NCBI RefSeq assembly: GCF_006345805.1
Contig: NC_042997.1
Coordinates: forward strand, 111,042,001-111,106,000
Direction of reading: 5' to 3'
Source of the DNA: Octopus sinensis
Taxonomy: Eukaryota
Length of the DNA: 64,000 nucleotides
Numbering within the stretch: position 1 is the first letter of the stretch; every line of letters begins with the position of its first letter. This document shows, one piece after another, positions 1 through 12,199 of the stretch. The notes under the pieces are model-generated. The model was given only the letters and a program-made list of their open reading frames with translations. It made no database searches and was not told the DNA's origin. The position numbers were made by a program, and so were the translations under genes.

Positions 1-59
1 ACATTGAAGTTTATATCGTGCAATAGCATGAGGAGGGACAAACATGCACACAATCAGAT

Positions 60-200
60 TCTTTTGGTTTCTGTAAACCAAATCCACTCACAAGGATTTA
101 GGTGGCCCAGGGTTATAGCAAAAGAATAGTCAAACACTTGTCCAGAGTGCCACCCTGGGAATGAATCAGAAGCCATCTAATTGGGACTTCTTACAAAGAA
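60..200 (-). mobile_element. Degenerate tRNA-derived SINE fragment (family A)
   Basis: ccaaatccactcacaagg...ttatagc...cacttgtcc matches the reverse complement of the family A copies at 13369 and 52899. Confidence 0.6.
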
Positions 201-388
201 AAAAAAAACCATCAAAATTAAAACAGAACCATCTTTTACAAATTTATACTTCGAAGTAGCTTCTTTAAAACGTCCAGGTAGAAGAAAAACATGCCAGCGA
301 CCTTGAAGACTACCGTTTCTACAGACAAAAGGGTTGGAATAATGAGCTCAGTATTTATTAGTTTTAAATAATCTAAAGCAATGCTTAC

Positions 389-500
389 CTGCTGAAGGCA
401 TTGTCACTATCAATGTACTTCTCCAGTTTTTGGAGTGCTGTGAGGTTGTCATCTGAAAAGTAATTCTCTTCACAATTCCCATCTTCCACTCTACACCCTC
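389..500 (-). CDS. PPP4R1: PPP4R1-like, coding exon 3 (RGCRVEDGNCEENYFSDDNLTALQKLEKYIDSDNAFSR)
   Basis: Acceptor ttttactttcag, donor AG|gtaagc, 112 nt. DDNLTALQKLEKYIDSDNAFSR resembles human PPP4R1 DEMLTPLGRLDKYAASENIFNR (recalled, not searched). The gene continues beyond the left edge. Confidence 0.8.
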
Positions 501-3094
501 CTGAAAGTAAAATTTCAGTAAATTCAATGAAACACCAGTCAATTTCTTTTTGCAAATTATTAAACAAAAAAAAAAGTTTAAAGTATGTTACTCAATGGTA
601 ATGTCATCAAAATACATTTTCAATTTCAATAATAAAAACAATGTTATTTGTCCAAAATATACTGATTAATATTGAAGAGGTTCTATATATATCCGTTGAT
701 CCAGATTGATAAAGAAAAAATATCTTTAAAATGTTGACCTGCAGAAGCACGTGCTGTCAAATTAAGGGAAGCAAAGAGGAAGTAACTCGTGGAGCTCTAA
801 CGCGCAGAAAAACTACTCCTAATTAACTCCCCTTTTGTAGCAGCACCACAATGAAAGTATTTCGACCATTTTAACTGTCATAAGACCCGACTTTCACTTC
901 AAAATAACAGTCGTTTACAACAACTTTACTCATTAAAATTACATCTATAGAAATTATTTTTTTAACACCGATTCTACATTTTTGCGGAAGGAGGGAGGGA
1001 GAGATACGGATAAGAAAACGAAAATACAAATAAGCGATGCTATTTAATTAAATTTTCAAAAAAATTATCTTCCAAAACATCAAAATGTTACATAATTATT
1101 TCGTCGTTAAAAAGAAAAAAACGAGGAAATAACGACAATAATAAAAGCTAGTTCGAAAAAAGGGTAAAATGAGTCAGTTGAAACTACTGGAGGTAAACAA
1201 AGAAGTTCATATTGAAGAAACGCCAAGCACCTCTGACCTACTTTAGCAGCAATAACAACCAAATACAAAAAGAAAAAAACATTTAGAAAAAAAAACATTT
1301 AAAAATTCAAAATATAAAAGCTTCGTGTAAACCTTAGTTAAATCGGGGGACGGGGGGGGGGTTATATTGGAGACCCTAAATCAAACCAACATTTATTTAG
1401 TTATAATTCCGTTTATTAAAGAACTAAAAATATACTGTTTTCACTTCCGTATTCATTTGTTTTTTTTTTTTTTCGTTCGTTAATGACCATTATATAACAA
1501 TTCTTTACGAAAAATCCTGGAGCCTTTCAGAAATTTATAGTAAATAACATTGGGATTATTTTTCCATATTTATTGCATTACATGAAATGTTGGATGTTTA
1601 TAAAGAGAGAAAAAAAAGGGGAAATATACTTGAAATTATTAAATTGCACACCTTGGTTCTGTCTGTCTATATATCTATCGAGATAGATATAAATATATAT
1701 TATAAACACCTGTTAAATTCTCGGAAGGGAAACAAAATTGGTAAATAAGGAATATTATAAAACATAACCAAAAATCTATTTATATATGCACGCATTCTGT
1801 ACATGGGGAATGATTTTTGAAAAAAAAAAACTTGATAAGACTAACGAGTGAGTAATTATATAAACAGTTTTAAGACATAAGCCAATGAGGGGGAGCAAAA
1901 TGAAGGGTCATAAATATTTACTGACCTGCACTTGGATATATCTTAAATTAGAATGCAAATAAAGGACAAGGGAAAAGGAAAACGAGCACAACGTTGAGAA
2001 ACAGTAAATTTTGGAGAAATTATTTAAATAAAAGTTGGTCGATTGCAACGCAAAACAATTATGGTATAGGTTACAGTAGGTTTAATAAAAAACAATGTAG
2101 ATCCAGGATTATAGTAAATAAAGATGGTTAATGTAGTAGGATAATAACTGTGTCTGGCAAATAACACAAACAACACAATGGCTTTGTTCGGAACGAAAGG
2201 ACGAGGAAAGCAAAAGATTTTAAAGAGCCAGCAGTAGCAGGAGTAGCAGCAGCAGTCTGTCCGATTTCATTCTAAAAACTTGCAACATGCTTGGGACAAG
2301 CGCTAAAACTATTCACAAGAACCACACATGTTTTTAAAAGGGGGCAAACAAACCGAGAAAAACGAGAACGACTGGTTTAAATGTATATAAGAAAAAGAGG
2401 AACTCACAGAGATAAACGGCCAAGCTAAGTCATCACGTGCAGTTTTAGAATATCTTAATGGTTGAGCTTTGCATGCAGGACTGGAGTTGGGATTTAAATA
2501 ATGGAAACCGTGGGCTTTTAAAAGCAAAGTAAAAACTTTAAAAAAAAAAACCTCGACACAAGAAAATATTGTTAACAACTTCCGCTATAATAACATTTTG
2601 AACGGATTTGCTTTTTAAATTACGAAAAAAAAATTTTTTTTAGCACAACAGAACAAGAGAAAATAATATTTGATATTAAACTATGTTCCATGTTACAAGA
2701 CTAACAAATATATAGAGAAAGAGAGAAAATATGGACAGATAAAAGGGGACATCTTAAAAAGAAAAAAAAAACATAGTTGCCAATTACTGAATGAAGGTGC
2801 GAGTTTTTGGCGGTAAGCACCATGGATGGAGCAAGAAAGAGGCAGCAGAGAGAATGGTGGATACAAAGAACGAGTTAATGTAGAAATTTTGAAATAAGAC
2901 AAAAGAACAGTCCCGCACAATTACGTAGCTAAAATATATGCGAAAGCATTCGAATAAATTGTGATTGATGTGAATGCAAGACGGTATGGGGTTGAAAAGA
3001 AAAATAAGGAATAAACAATGATATTAAATATATTTTACAGACACAGATAGGAGATGTTTTAAAATATAAACGGAATTATAGCAATAACACTTAC

Positions 3095-3104
3095 TGTCAT
3101 TCAT
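3095..3104 (-). CDS. Candidate alternative first coding exon of the PPP4R1-like gene (ATG AAT GAC A)
   Basis: Minus strand tgttttATGAATGACA|gtaagtg: consensus donor in phase 1, the same phase as exon 2. It splices in frame to exon 500-389 (MNDRGCRVEDG...). There is an in-frame stop upstream. Confidence 0.4.
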
Positions 3105-5593
3105 AAAACAGTTGCGACCCCACCACCACCACCGCTCAAGTGCTTTTTAAACCTAAATATTTAGACTGAACCGATAATATCCAAAAAAAATAGTTTTTAA
3201 AAATGATTTGTGGAAATGTCGAGAAAATACAAGTTGTATATACAAATATATACAAAATTAGCGAATGATTTAAATAAAACACGAGGTGGAGGAGAGAGAA
3301 AAAAATCAAAGAGAGCAAATAATCCGTGAGAGAGAGAGAAAAAAACTAAGAGCATTAGGGAGTTTGGTGATGAATGGCAGATTGTGAGACGTGAAAAGGG
3401 GTGAGTTTTACAAAGTTACCACAAGGGGGGGAAAAAAAGGAAGACGCGGGAACATTGGTAAAAAGCGCTAAGTTCAAAAGGTCGAGAGGAAACACCCTGG
3501 TCACATGATAGAGACAAAATAATAAGAAATTATTAGGTTTTCATTTAAGAAAATAAAAATTAAAAGGCTGACATGAAGATAATCGAAAATTAAAAGATAA
3601 AATAACCCTAACGAAATATTTCTAACAGTACACGGTATGTAAGGTACCCTGCCTCAGTGAAATCACTAAAGTGGGTTCACACATTTGAACTGAGAAGGAA
3701 AGGGATTGAATACGAGAAGCACCTAACTGACGTTTGTTGTGTGTGGCTGATGATTATTGCAGCGAGAGGGAAACGAAAATTAAGCCGTGTTTAGGGTAGG
3801 AACTCGGAGTTATGAGCCATGGAGAGAAGGGACTTCGTTAAAAGACACAAATATATATTTATATAGCTATGGGGAGAAACGGAAGGGAAAGAGAGAGAGA
3901 GAGACCTTGCAGAATTCCTCTATTTATCAATTAACATGTAAACAAAAGTTCTATCCTTGGAATAGAGATTTTAACACTGAAATACATTTATATATAATAT
4001 ATATATATATATATATACACGCACGTACATATATATGTTTGTATATACTACACATGGGCAGAGGTCAATGAAATATTTACCAACTACATACATCAGTAAC
4101 ATTACATTTACAATTAATCGGGATATAAATTGGAGAATGTGTTTACAATCGGGAGAGGGCAAGTATTCAAAACAGAATGTGTGTGATGTGTATGTATATA
4201 TATAAAGAGGATGAAGCATATTTTAAAATCGTGTCAGTTTCACGTTACTCATTACTGACAATCTACATGCACGATATGTGTGTATATAACAATATGTATG
4301 TGTGGTTATATATAAGTAATAATAAAGTGACCAGATCATGAATGATTCTCTCCAATTTGTAAAGATGGAAAACCAGCAAGGCTTGCTCTTGTGTGAAAAA
4401 CTAACACAAAAAAAATAAAAGATGTTGATGCAGTGATGTTTTTAGTTGGTGGTTTTACAAGAACAAGAAGTCGTTGGAAAAAAAAAATAAAGGTACCATC
4501 ACGAGAACTGACCAACAGACAACAGTGTCAGGACACATACCATTGCTGTTTTAATAATTATTCACTCGTTTCATTTCGTTAAACGGGAATTACAAGAGAA
4601 TTTTTGAATCCCAGACACACACACGAACCGAATATTTTCGGTAAAGCAGCATTTTAATTACGGTCCTAAAAAGAGGGATCTGTCAACTTTTTGGATTTAT
4701 TTTTTTGTCTATATTTTCACATACATAAATAATAATCTGTGTGTTTCTTCCTGAAAATGGTTGTTTTAGAGATTGACAACAATTTACAGATGTTTTTGTA
4801 GTTTATGGAAGAGACGGGGGGCGCAAAATATGGAGAGGGTTTTTTTTTTAAGTATATTTGTGAAGCATTTTTTAAACATAAAATACAAGGTAAAATAAAT
4901 TAAACGTGACAGTGATATTAAAGGGGAGGGGGGGAGAAAATATTTGACAGACAAATGAAACGAAATAATATAAATATTACAGAGTGTGTGTGTGTGTGTG
5001 TTTTAGTGTGGAGGGATGGATGGACGCTTCGAAAGAGATATATATTATATTATTACAAAAAGGAGCTTTGGCTTTTTAAGCATGTCAGCAAAGGATGTGT
5101 TGGGTGTTTTGTGAGACAACATTTTAAAGTGTTATGTTATCAATTGTGAGCCATGAGAGAGAGAGAGAGAAGATATCCCATGCCCTCTTTAAGTTTTAGT
5201 ACGATTGTACTTGTCCGAAAGGAAGAAGCAGTCTTTCTTTCTCTTTTCCATTTCATCTCTTTTTTTTTCGGTTTTAAGGACAGAGGTGGAAGTTAAATGA
5301 GTGACACCCACAGTGAATGAACGGCTAGCTGACTGGGTTTTGTGCGTTAATAGACGATAATAGACAATAATAACAACATGTACGGCGATAATGGTAGAAT
5401 GGTTATTAACGGTGAAATAAAAGACAAGGCAAAGGAGACTGAGGCGAGATCGCGATCGGTGATCAGGCTCTCTCTCCTCCAGTCCGTTGGTTAAACGAGG
5501 AGGAGCTAGGCTTGACGCTCCACTCTTTGGTACATGGCCAACGGACACGGGCAACGAAAGCGGGCAAAGTTTAAAGCTAAGTCAACCACTTAC

Positions 5594-5638
5594 TGCTTTC
5601 CGAAGTATCTTCCAATACAACCCGATAATAGTTGATGT
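5594..5638 (-). CDS. PPP4R1: PPP4R1-like, coding exon 2 (DINYYRVVLEDTSES)
   Basis: 45-nt exon with a polypyrimidine/AG acceptor and an A|gtaagt donor. Phase 1 to phase 1, open frame, compatible with both flanking exons. Confidence 0.75.
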
Positions 5639-5719
5639 CTGAAATAAAATGGGAGAGCATTAAAATTGGCGCAAAACTTCAAATTAGAGCAACAAAGTCT
5701 GCTTTAGAAGACGCCTCAC

Positions 5720-5726
5720 CCGCCAT
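5720..5726 (-). CDS. PPP4R1: PPP4R1-like, coding exon 1 (ATG GCG G, then GTGAGG donor)
   Basis: Minus strand reads caacATGGCGG|gtgagg. An 81-nt intron (5719-5639) ends in ctcccattttatttcag. Splicing gives M-A-D, matching the MAD start I recall for vertebrate PPP4R1. Confidence 0.75.
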
Positions 5727-5829
5727 GTTGTAGGAAACCACGAGGTATGCAAGCTGCGTTTCGATTGGACCGTCTCATTATTTAACTGCTTCGCCATTGG
5801 TCGCTTTTAAATCTTTCACGGATTTAACC

Positions 5830-5897
5830 GATGTTAGTTTCGAATGTTACCGAGGATTGCCTTGGTTTGAGTTAGTCGAGCTTTGGTTCTCTCGGGT
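5830..5897 (+). other. Putative non-coding first exon of a divergent plus-strand transcript
   Basis: Lies just right of the CCAAT boxes and ends at ctcgggt|gtaaga, a strong donor. The start coordinate is a guess. Confidence 0.3.
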
Positions 5898-7394
5898 GTA
5901 AGAATACATCATTGCACTCTTAACTGCCGCCGCCACACATAATGACTTCCCAATATATATATATATAGAGAGAGAGATATTTATTTAGCGTTAATACATC
6001 ACTCACTGCTGCCTTACATTTACTTCTAGCCATTCATATATTAATCTGTGTACAGAGAGAAATATATATCACATCTATTTCTCTAATTGTTCCACTAACA
6101 TGGCAGTACTATTTTTTTATCTTCGTTTCTTATAATATTACACTCATTGTATTTTAACTTGGATTTTTTACTTTTTTTTTCTTTTTTGGTGTCAAAAAAA
6201 TCTTCTTTCCCTTTTTTTTTTTATTGTGTCTTTTATTTCAACCCCTGCAACTGAGAGATTTTTTTTGTAGGGGTTTACAATAAGAGCACACACACAAAAA
6301 AGGGAGCACTTGCTTGTAAATGTGATATAGACACATATTTCATTATTATCATTATATTTTAAAATGAAACGATTTAATTTTTTTTTTTCAATATTTCTTT
6401 TTATTTTTAGTTCTAAGAAAGACGATCCAGCCAACATTTTAAATGAAAATACTTTTATTCGGCTACGATTATATTAAGTTCCTTTTTTATTACAGAATGA
6501 GGTGAGATGGGGGGGGGGCATGAGGCAATTTACTCCACTAACTTTCAAAAAAAAAAGTTAATCTAGTCCTGTTTGGTTAATTAATTAGTTTCATCTAATT
6601 TATTTAATATGCAATGTTAATGAGGATATAGTTTTATTTTGTTCCCTAATAATAACACCCAATTACAGTGAGCTTCGTTGTTTGGTGTTTTAAATGTAGG
6701 AAATATTTTATGAGACAAGATGGGGACAAACTTAATTCCCTCTGGCCTTTTTCGTGTCTCATTTCTTTTAGTTCCTTAAAAGAATTAACGTCATGTTTAA
6801 TGTTTTACCATCATTGCAAAGTGAACCAAGTCCAAATATAAAATATGAAGAAAGTTTGGGTTTTTTTTAAATCTCCCTGTTAATTGATGTGGTATAAGTT
6901 TTGGTGAGGCTGGGAGAGAGAATCTCCTGGTACCTGACTGCTATCAGGTTTTAACGACATTTCTAAGGATTTGAAAATGGTGGGCTTTAAGAAAGTTAGA
7001 TTGGCACTCCAACCAAAATGCTGGCTCTTGGAGTCAGCATGCAGATTTTTTTTTTTCTGAGTTCATATTTTCCCTAAATTAAAGCTCTGTTGCGTAGTTG
7101 ACTTCTACATAAACATCTTAATTAATATATTTAACACAATAAGTTAGTTGTCAATTTATAGTTTTGAATGGTGAGGAATTCTGTTTGTGTCACTTTAGGG
7201 CTTTTAATGAGATTCAGAGTTTTTGTTACGTTTTTGAAAGAATATAATTTATGAATTACGACATTGATTATAAAAGGACCTGAACACAATGGAAAATCTG
7301 TTTAGAAAGATGGATTAAGTTTTTTTTGTTTTTTTTTTCGGAAGGGAAATATAATTATATAACTTAAGCAGAAAGCCAGGAGTTTTTAGAGAAA

Positions 7395-7790
7395 TCGATA
7401 CCATCGATGTCCGTACTTGACTAATGTTATCGACCCCGAAAGGATGAAAGGCAAAGTTCACCTTAGAGATGTTTTGAACTCAGGACATAAAGACGCCACG
7501 GAATTGCTCCCAAACATTTTGTTCGACGCGCTGACTATTCTGCCAATTCGCCGCTTTAATAATCCTTCATATTATCAGCACATGGTGTGAAAATTTTGGA
7601 AGAAGATGCTAAGTTGATTGACATCAATCCCTGTTCCCAAATGGTGCTTATTTTATCGACTCCGTACGGATAAAGGGCTAAGTCAACATCGACGGCATTT
7701 GAACTCTAAACGTAAAGCCGGAAGAAATGCTGCTAAGCATTTTGTCCGGCACCGTAACATTTGTGCCTGCTCGCTGCCTTAATAATAATT
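7395..7790 (-). mobile_element. Two degenerate tRNA-derived SINE copies (family C)
   Basis: Both carry tatcga(c/t)ccc...gaa/gga...aaggc/gg..aagt...gaactc, shared with 44600-44800 and 47930-48135. Confidence 0.65.
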
Positions 7791-8732
7791 ATAATAATAA
7801 ACGATCCTATTAATGTTCAAAGCTACAAAATGATGTGAAATACACAAAAATATTAAAACCCATTTCACATAATTATTGTTAATTTTTGTTGGATTTCTGC
7901 CGATTCTTTCCCAACCTTGTTTCATTTACCGTGATTTTCTTAAATTTATTCATGTCGAGTTTTTGGGAGTTGACGCTGATCACATTTCCAAAGAGGTATT
8001 GAATAAACTTTGGAATGGTCAGTTCTATCTGTATTTGATTATAAATATGGTCTAGTAACTTTTTACTTTCTAATTGTTAACAATTACTAGAAGGAATACC
8101 ATTCCAACTTAATTTGCCAAGACATCTTTTTACCAATGTAAATCTGGAATCTTGAATTCCAATTTTCCTCTCAGCTTTTGGTGTCTGGCAGGTTCCATTC
8201 ATCTAAAGAGTGCTTGTTGCTAAAATCGAAATTATATTAGTAAGATATTCAAAGATAAATTTCTATATTTTTTCAACTCTTAATACCCGCCCAACTGTGG
8301 CCACCCCTGGTTAAATTATACAAGTTCCTTCTTTTATAGCAATCAAAATTTCATGGTAATTTGTTCCAAATATAGATTTAATAATGATAAGCTTATTTTA
8401 CTAAATTCTTTGTTATTTCTAAAATTAACGGCAACAAAAGCAGTGTCTTTTATCAGAAATATATGTTGCAAGTTGTTGGCTGGTTTGTGGTGATGACTGA
8501 TTCACTTGTTATGTTAGGATGGGCTCTCAGAAATTTTCTGGGATGAATAGTTTAGTCTGATTTGAAGAAAGAACTACAACTGATCAAATGAGTCTACGGT
8601 AATGATGGCCTATTAACAACGAATAAACTCAATGCAAAACAAATAGAATTATTGTAATTTCATCATTTAATATTACACTGTTGCTGTTTGTCTTGATGTA
8701 ATTCTCAACTTAGTGCCATGTGTTAAGCATAT

Positions 8733-9280
8733 TATGAGGGTGAGTCAAAAGGTAATGCCATTTTGTTTAGGACAGGTATAATTACCAACACAGAAACATG
8801 TATCATACATCAAAATGAAGCTGGTCCTCTGGATCACATCCCTACTTCTCAACATAGTCACCGTTTCTCTCAATAGCAATGTTCCACCTTTGAATGAGAG
8901 CATGTATCTCTGCCCCATAAAATTCTGTTGACTGTTCTTTGAGCCACTTCTTCACTACAGCTTTCACTTCCTTGTCACTGGAATAATGTTTGCCTTTCAA
9001 ACCCTCTTTCATGGCACTGAAGAGATGATAGCCCAGTGACGAGGAAGTGAAAACTGTTGTGAAGAAGTGGCTCAAAGAACAGTCAACAGAATTTTACAGG
9101 GCAGAGATACATACTCTCATTTGAAGGTGGAACATTGCTACTGAGAGAAATGGTGACTATGTTGAGAAGTAGGGATTTGATCAACAGAGGACCAGCTTCA
9201 TTTTCATGTATGATACATGTTCTTGTGTTGGTAATTATACCTGTCCTAAAAATGGCATTACTTTTTGACTCACCCTCATA
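8733..9280. mobile_element. Palindromic mariner-derived MITE made of two inverted transposase 3' ends, flanked by TA
   Basis: Ends are TA-TGAGGGTGAGTCAAAA...TTTTGACTCACCCTCA-TA, with ~250-bp inverted arms. The minus ORF 8842-9075 gives YHLFSAMKEGLKGKHYSSDKEVKAVVKKWLKEQSTEFY...RWNIAIERNGDYVEK, a typical mariner C-terminus. Confidence 0.85.
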
Positions 9281-9549
9281 TGAACCAAATAAAACTGTGT
9301 TACAGTCATCTTCTATCTTGCCATTCTATTGGTATTACTAATGATATTAAAAAGAATGCAAAAAAATAAAGAAATGATTCAAATCTACATTGAAAATTTG
9401 CTGCTATGCAGCAAATATTTCTTGATTCTGTGAATACCTGCAACATGAAAAAAGTGAAAAAAACAAAAACATTATTTATATAGAAGGATAGTTAACAACA
9501 GAAACGTAGCTTGGTACAATCTCCCTTTCAATATCACTGTAAAAACACC

Positions 9550-10080
9550 CAATGTAACACTTGTTTCAATTAATTACTAACCATTCCCTAATCATTCCAC
9601 AAATACGACAACCTTTTCAACAAAATACCATTGTTGTGGCTTGTGGTTCTTCGTCTGGTCTGTGTGGTGACTGATTGAAGTGATGAATGAAAATAACACC
9701 CACGAACATTGACAGAAGATTTTGTCGCACATCGAGACAAACTGTGTTGGTCTTTTACAGCAATAATTAGAGACTGAGAGAGAAGGCAAAATTGAACTCT
9801 TTTCAAAGAAGTTATTTACGAGATATTGTCTAAGAACCTGAAGAAATCTGTACAACTGTTCCTCGCAACAAAGGAAGTGTATTTTGCTCAGCTACTCTAC
9901 AACTAATTACTGCTAAACACAGCTTTTATAGGGCACACGTGAAGATTGAGTCACATGATAGAATTAGGGTTAGGGATGCTCATTGGTTGCTTAATAGACC
10001 AATCATGTGACACTATTCTGGTTTGCTTGTGATGTATGGCCTGTTACCTAGCAATCTGATTTCAAATCACTGCTGCATAT
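9550..10080 (+). repeat. Dispersed repeat homologous to 57080-57730 (non-autonomous DNA-transposon-like)
   Basis: Shared blocks: acagaagatttt..gtcgcacat..agacaaactg, tgtc(t/c)aagaacctg(a/g)agaa(a/g)tctg, gtgatgtatg...ttcaaatcactgc. Confidence 0.6.
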
Positions 10081-10934
10081 AGTAACAAAAATGTTTAAGT
10101 TACAATTTCTGTCTTGTAATTTTTACACACACACACATATAAAGAATAATGAGGAAAGAAAAATAAATTAATAAATTCTAGTGCCTTCTTACCAAACTGA
10201 AAACCAGAAATTACTTCTGTCGCCAAAGTAATTATAAGAGATGTCATTAAAAACTGTTCATTTGCTGTGGAACCAGATTCTGAAGAATATGGCTAGAGGG
10301 GTTAATATCTTGAAAGACAAACTATTAGACTTATAGTCTTAATGTTGTTCAATATCGCTGCTTAATGCCTCATCTTCTATGTTCCAAATATAGAACAGCT
10401 ATACAATAACCACACATTTTTTTTATTATTTGAGACGAGTCAATGCCATGTCTTTTAATGGTCTGAAAGTGGTGCCATCATTGTTATATGCTTTTTTCAA
10501 TATTTGAAGATGTCAGCTACAGAAAGAACTTGCCAGAAGTATCCTATTAGAGTTGGAAATATCTTTACCATTCCAGTTGTTGAAGTACCAGTCCCTAAAC
10601 AGTGGAATTCACTTCCAACACCTTCCAAAATATTACTGTTCGTATTTTATCTGCTAATTTCTCAAACCAACATCAAACACTTATCTTTTACTCATTTCAG
10701 TCATCAGACTGCAGCCATGCTGGGGCAATGCCTTCAAGAAATTTTCATTGAATGAAACAAACCTAGCACTTCTTTTTAAGCCTGGTACTTAATCTATCAG
10801 TTTCTTTTGCCGAACCACTAAGTTATGGGAATATAAACACACCAACACCAGTTGTCAAACAGTGGGGGTGGATAAACACAGAAACACACTCACACACATA
10901 AACACACATGTGACAGATTTATATATATATATAT

Positions 10935-11230
10935 ATAAAGGTACATGGCTCAGTGGTTAGGGTGTTGCACTCACAATTGCAAGAATGTGGGTTTGATTCC
11001 CAGAACAGGCATTGCATTGTGTTCTTGAGCAAAGCACTTCATTTCATTTTGCTCTGGAGTCATTTCGTCATCTGACTTGTGGCACCTGTACAGGCAATGT
11101 CTATTTGATGGAGGGAGTGACCTTATGTCTACACAAACATAAACATGATCACTATAAAGAAATCATTGGTGTGGATGTTCAGCAAGAAATTACTGAATCC
11201 TCATGCATGATCTAATGACAGGAGAGTCCA
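10935..11230 (+). mobile_element. tRNA-derived SINE (family D)
   Basis: tggctcagtggttagggtgttgcactc...gggtttgattccc (A/B-box-like) followed by tgttcttgagcaaagcactt. An opposite-strand relative lies at ~60660-60815. Confidence 0.6.
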
Positions 11231-11439
11231 TCATCATATACATATATATACACGCACACACACATAGATACAATAGGCTTCTTCAGCTTCTTATCTCCTC
11301 CCCTCTATGTTCTTATCTTGTCCCCTCTATGTTTAGCCCCTTGTGGGCAATAAAGAAATAAGAAACATGCAATACTCTGTCCTTGTTTGTCCCCTCTATG
11401 TTTATCCCCTTGTGGGCAATAAAGAATTAAGAAACATGC

Positions 11440-11650
11440 AATATTCTTGGCAATGCCAAATATACTTCTGCTCTCAGAACCATTTCTAAACTTCAGAGAT
11501 TCCTCTTCTAGAAGGTCAGTGTTAGAAATGATATTTTTAAGAAATGGATATTTTATCCATGCTGTGCTCATCTTTAGAGCCTTGCTTTCCCTGCCAATCA
11601 GTCTAGTAATGCTCCTACACTCCTCCCTTCTCCTTGCTACCACTTATCAC
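11440..11650 (+). mobile_element. Decayed Penelope-like RT thumb fragment
   Basis: The plus ORF includes SEPFLNFRDSSSRRSVLEMIFLRNGY, resembling the PLE motif ...DF...EM..FF..RGY. Confidence 0.35.
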
Positions 11651-12199
11651 CTCCCCCTTCCTGAGCTACTCCTATTTATTTTATCCCCCCACCACAACTG
11701 ATAGTTACCATTGACCATATCTCTATCCTGGTTCCATTCACTACATTCACCTCTACCCCTATCTCTAACCATCTTTCACCCTCCTCTCACACTCTTATGA
11801 ACTCATCCTTGCCAATTTTTTCTCAATATTCTCTCTTACACTCACCTTCCATCTTGTATTTTGAGAGCATGCTCTAACGCCTTGTCATCACTCTCATTGT
11901 CTTCTTTCCAGTTACTCTTAAGTACCCTTGTATATAACAGGGGGGTAACCATGTATCTCCTCCACAGGCCTCCCACCTGCTCTTTATCGTAATTGGCCTT
12001 CTCAACACCTGGTAAAGCCCCCTCCCACTCTCTCCTACAACTCCACTTGATCAAGGGGTCTTTTTCTTTATCTTGTTACTTACTTGGTGGCCTCACTAAT
12101 GCTGAGGTCATAAAAAAAGGCAGACAGTACCCTCTGTAAAGTGGTTGCCATTAGGAGGGGCTTCCAGTTGTGTGTGTGTGTGTGTGTATACATACATAT

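Larger units (their letters stand above)
5700..5900. promoter_or_regulatory. CpG-containing core promoter, probably bidirectional
   Basis: YY1-type CCGCCATnTT motif over the start codon (~5720-5729). Two ATTGG (CCAAT) boxes at 5764 and 5796. Locally retained CpGs in an otherwise CpG-poor window. Confidence 0.6.

Noticed and set aside
263-332. Possible PPP4R1 exon 4 on the minus strand (acceptor ttttgtctgtag)
   Set aside because: The phase-2 translation (NGSLQGRWHVF...) does not resemble the expected RQMVARSLL continuation, the intron would be very short, and the donor is weak.
5189-5554. 121-aa minus-strand ORF near the promoter
   Set aside because: It lies inside PPP4R1 intron 2 with no recognisable domain or splice link; explained by locally higher GC.
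10180-10670. Unique-looking, protein-like stretch
   Set aside because: All frames contain multiple stops; most likely a very old LINE remnant, and the family cannot be assigned.
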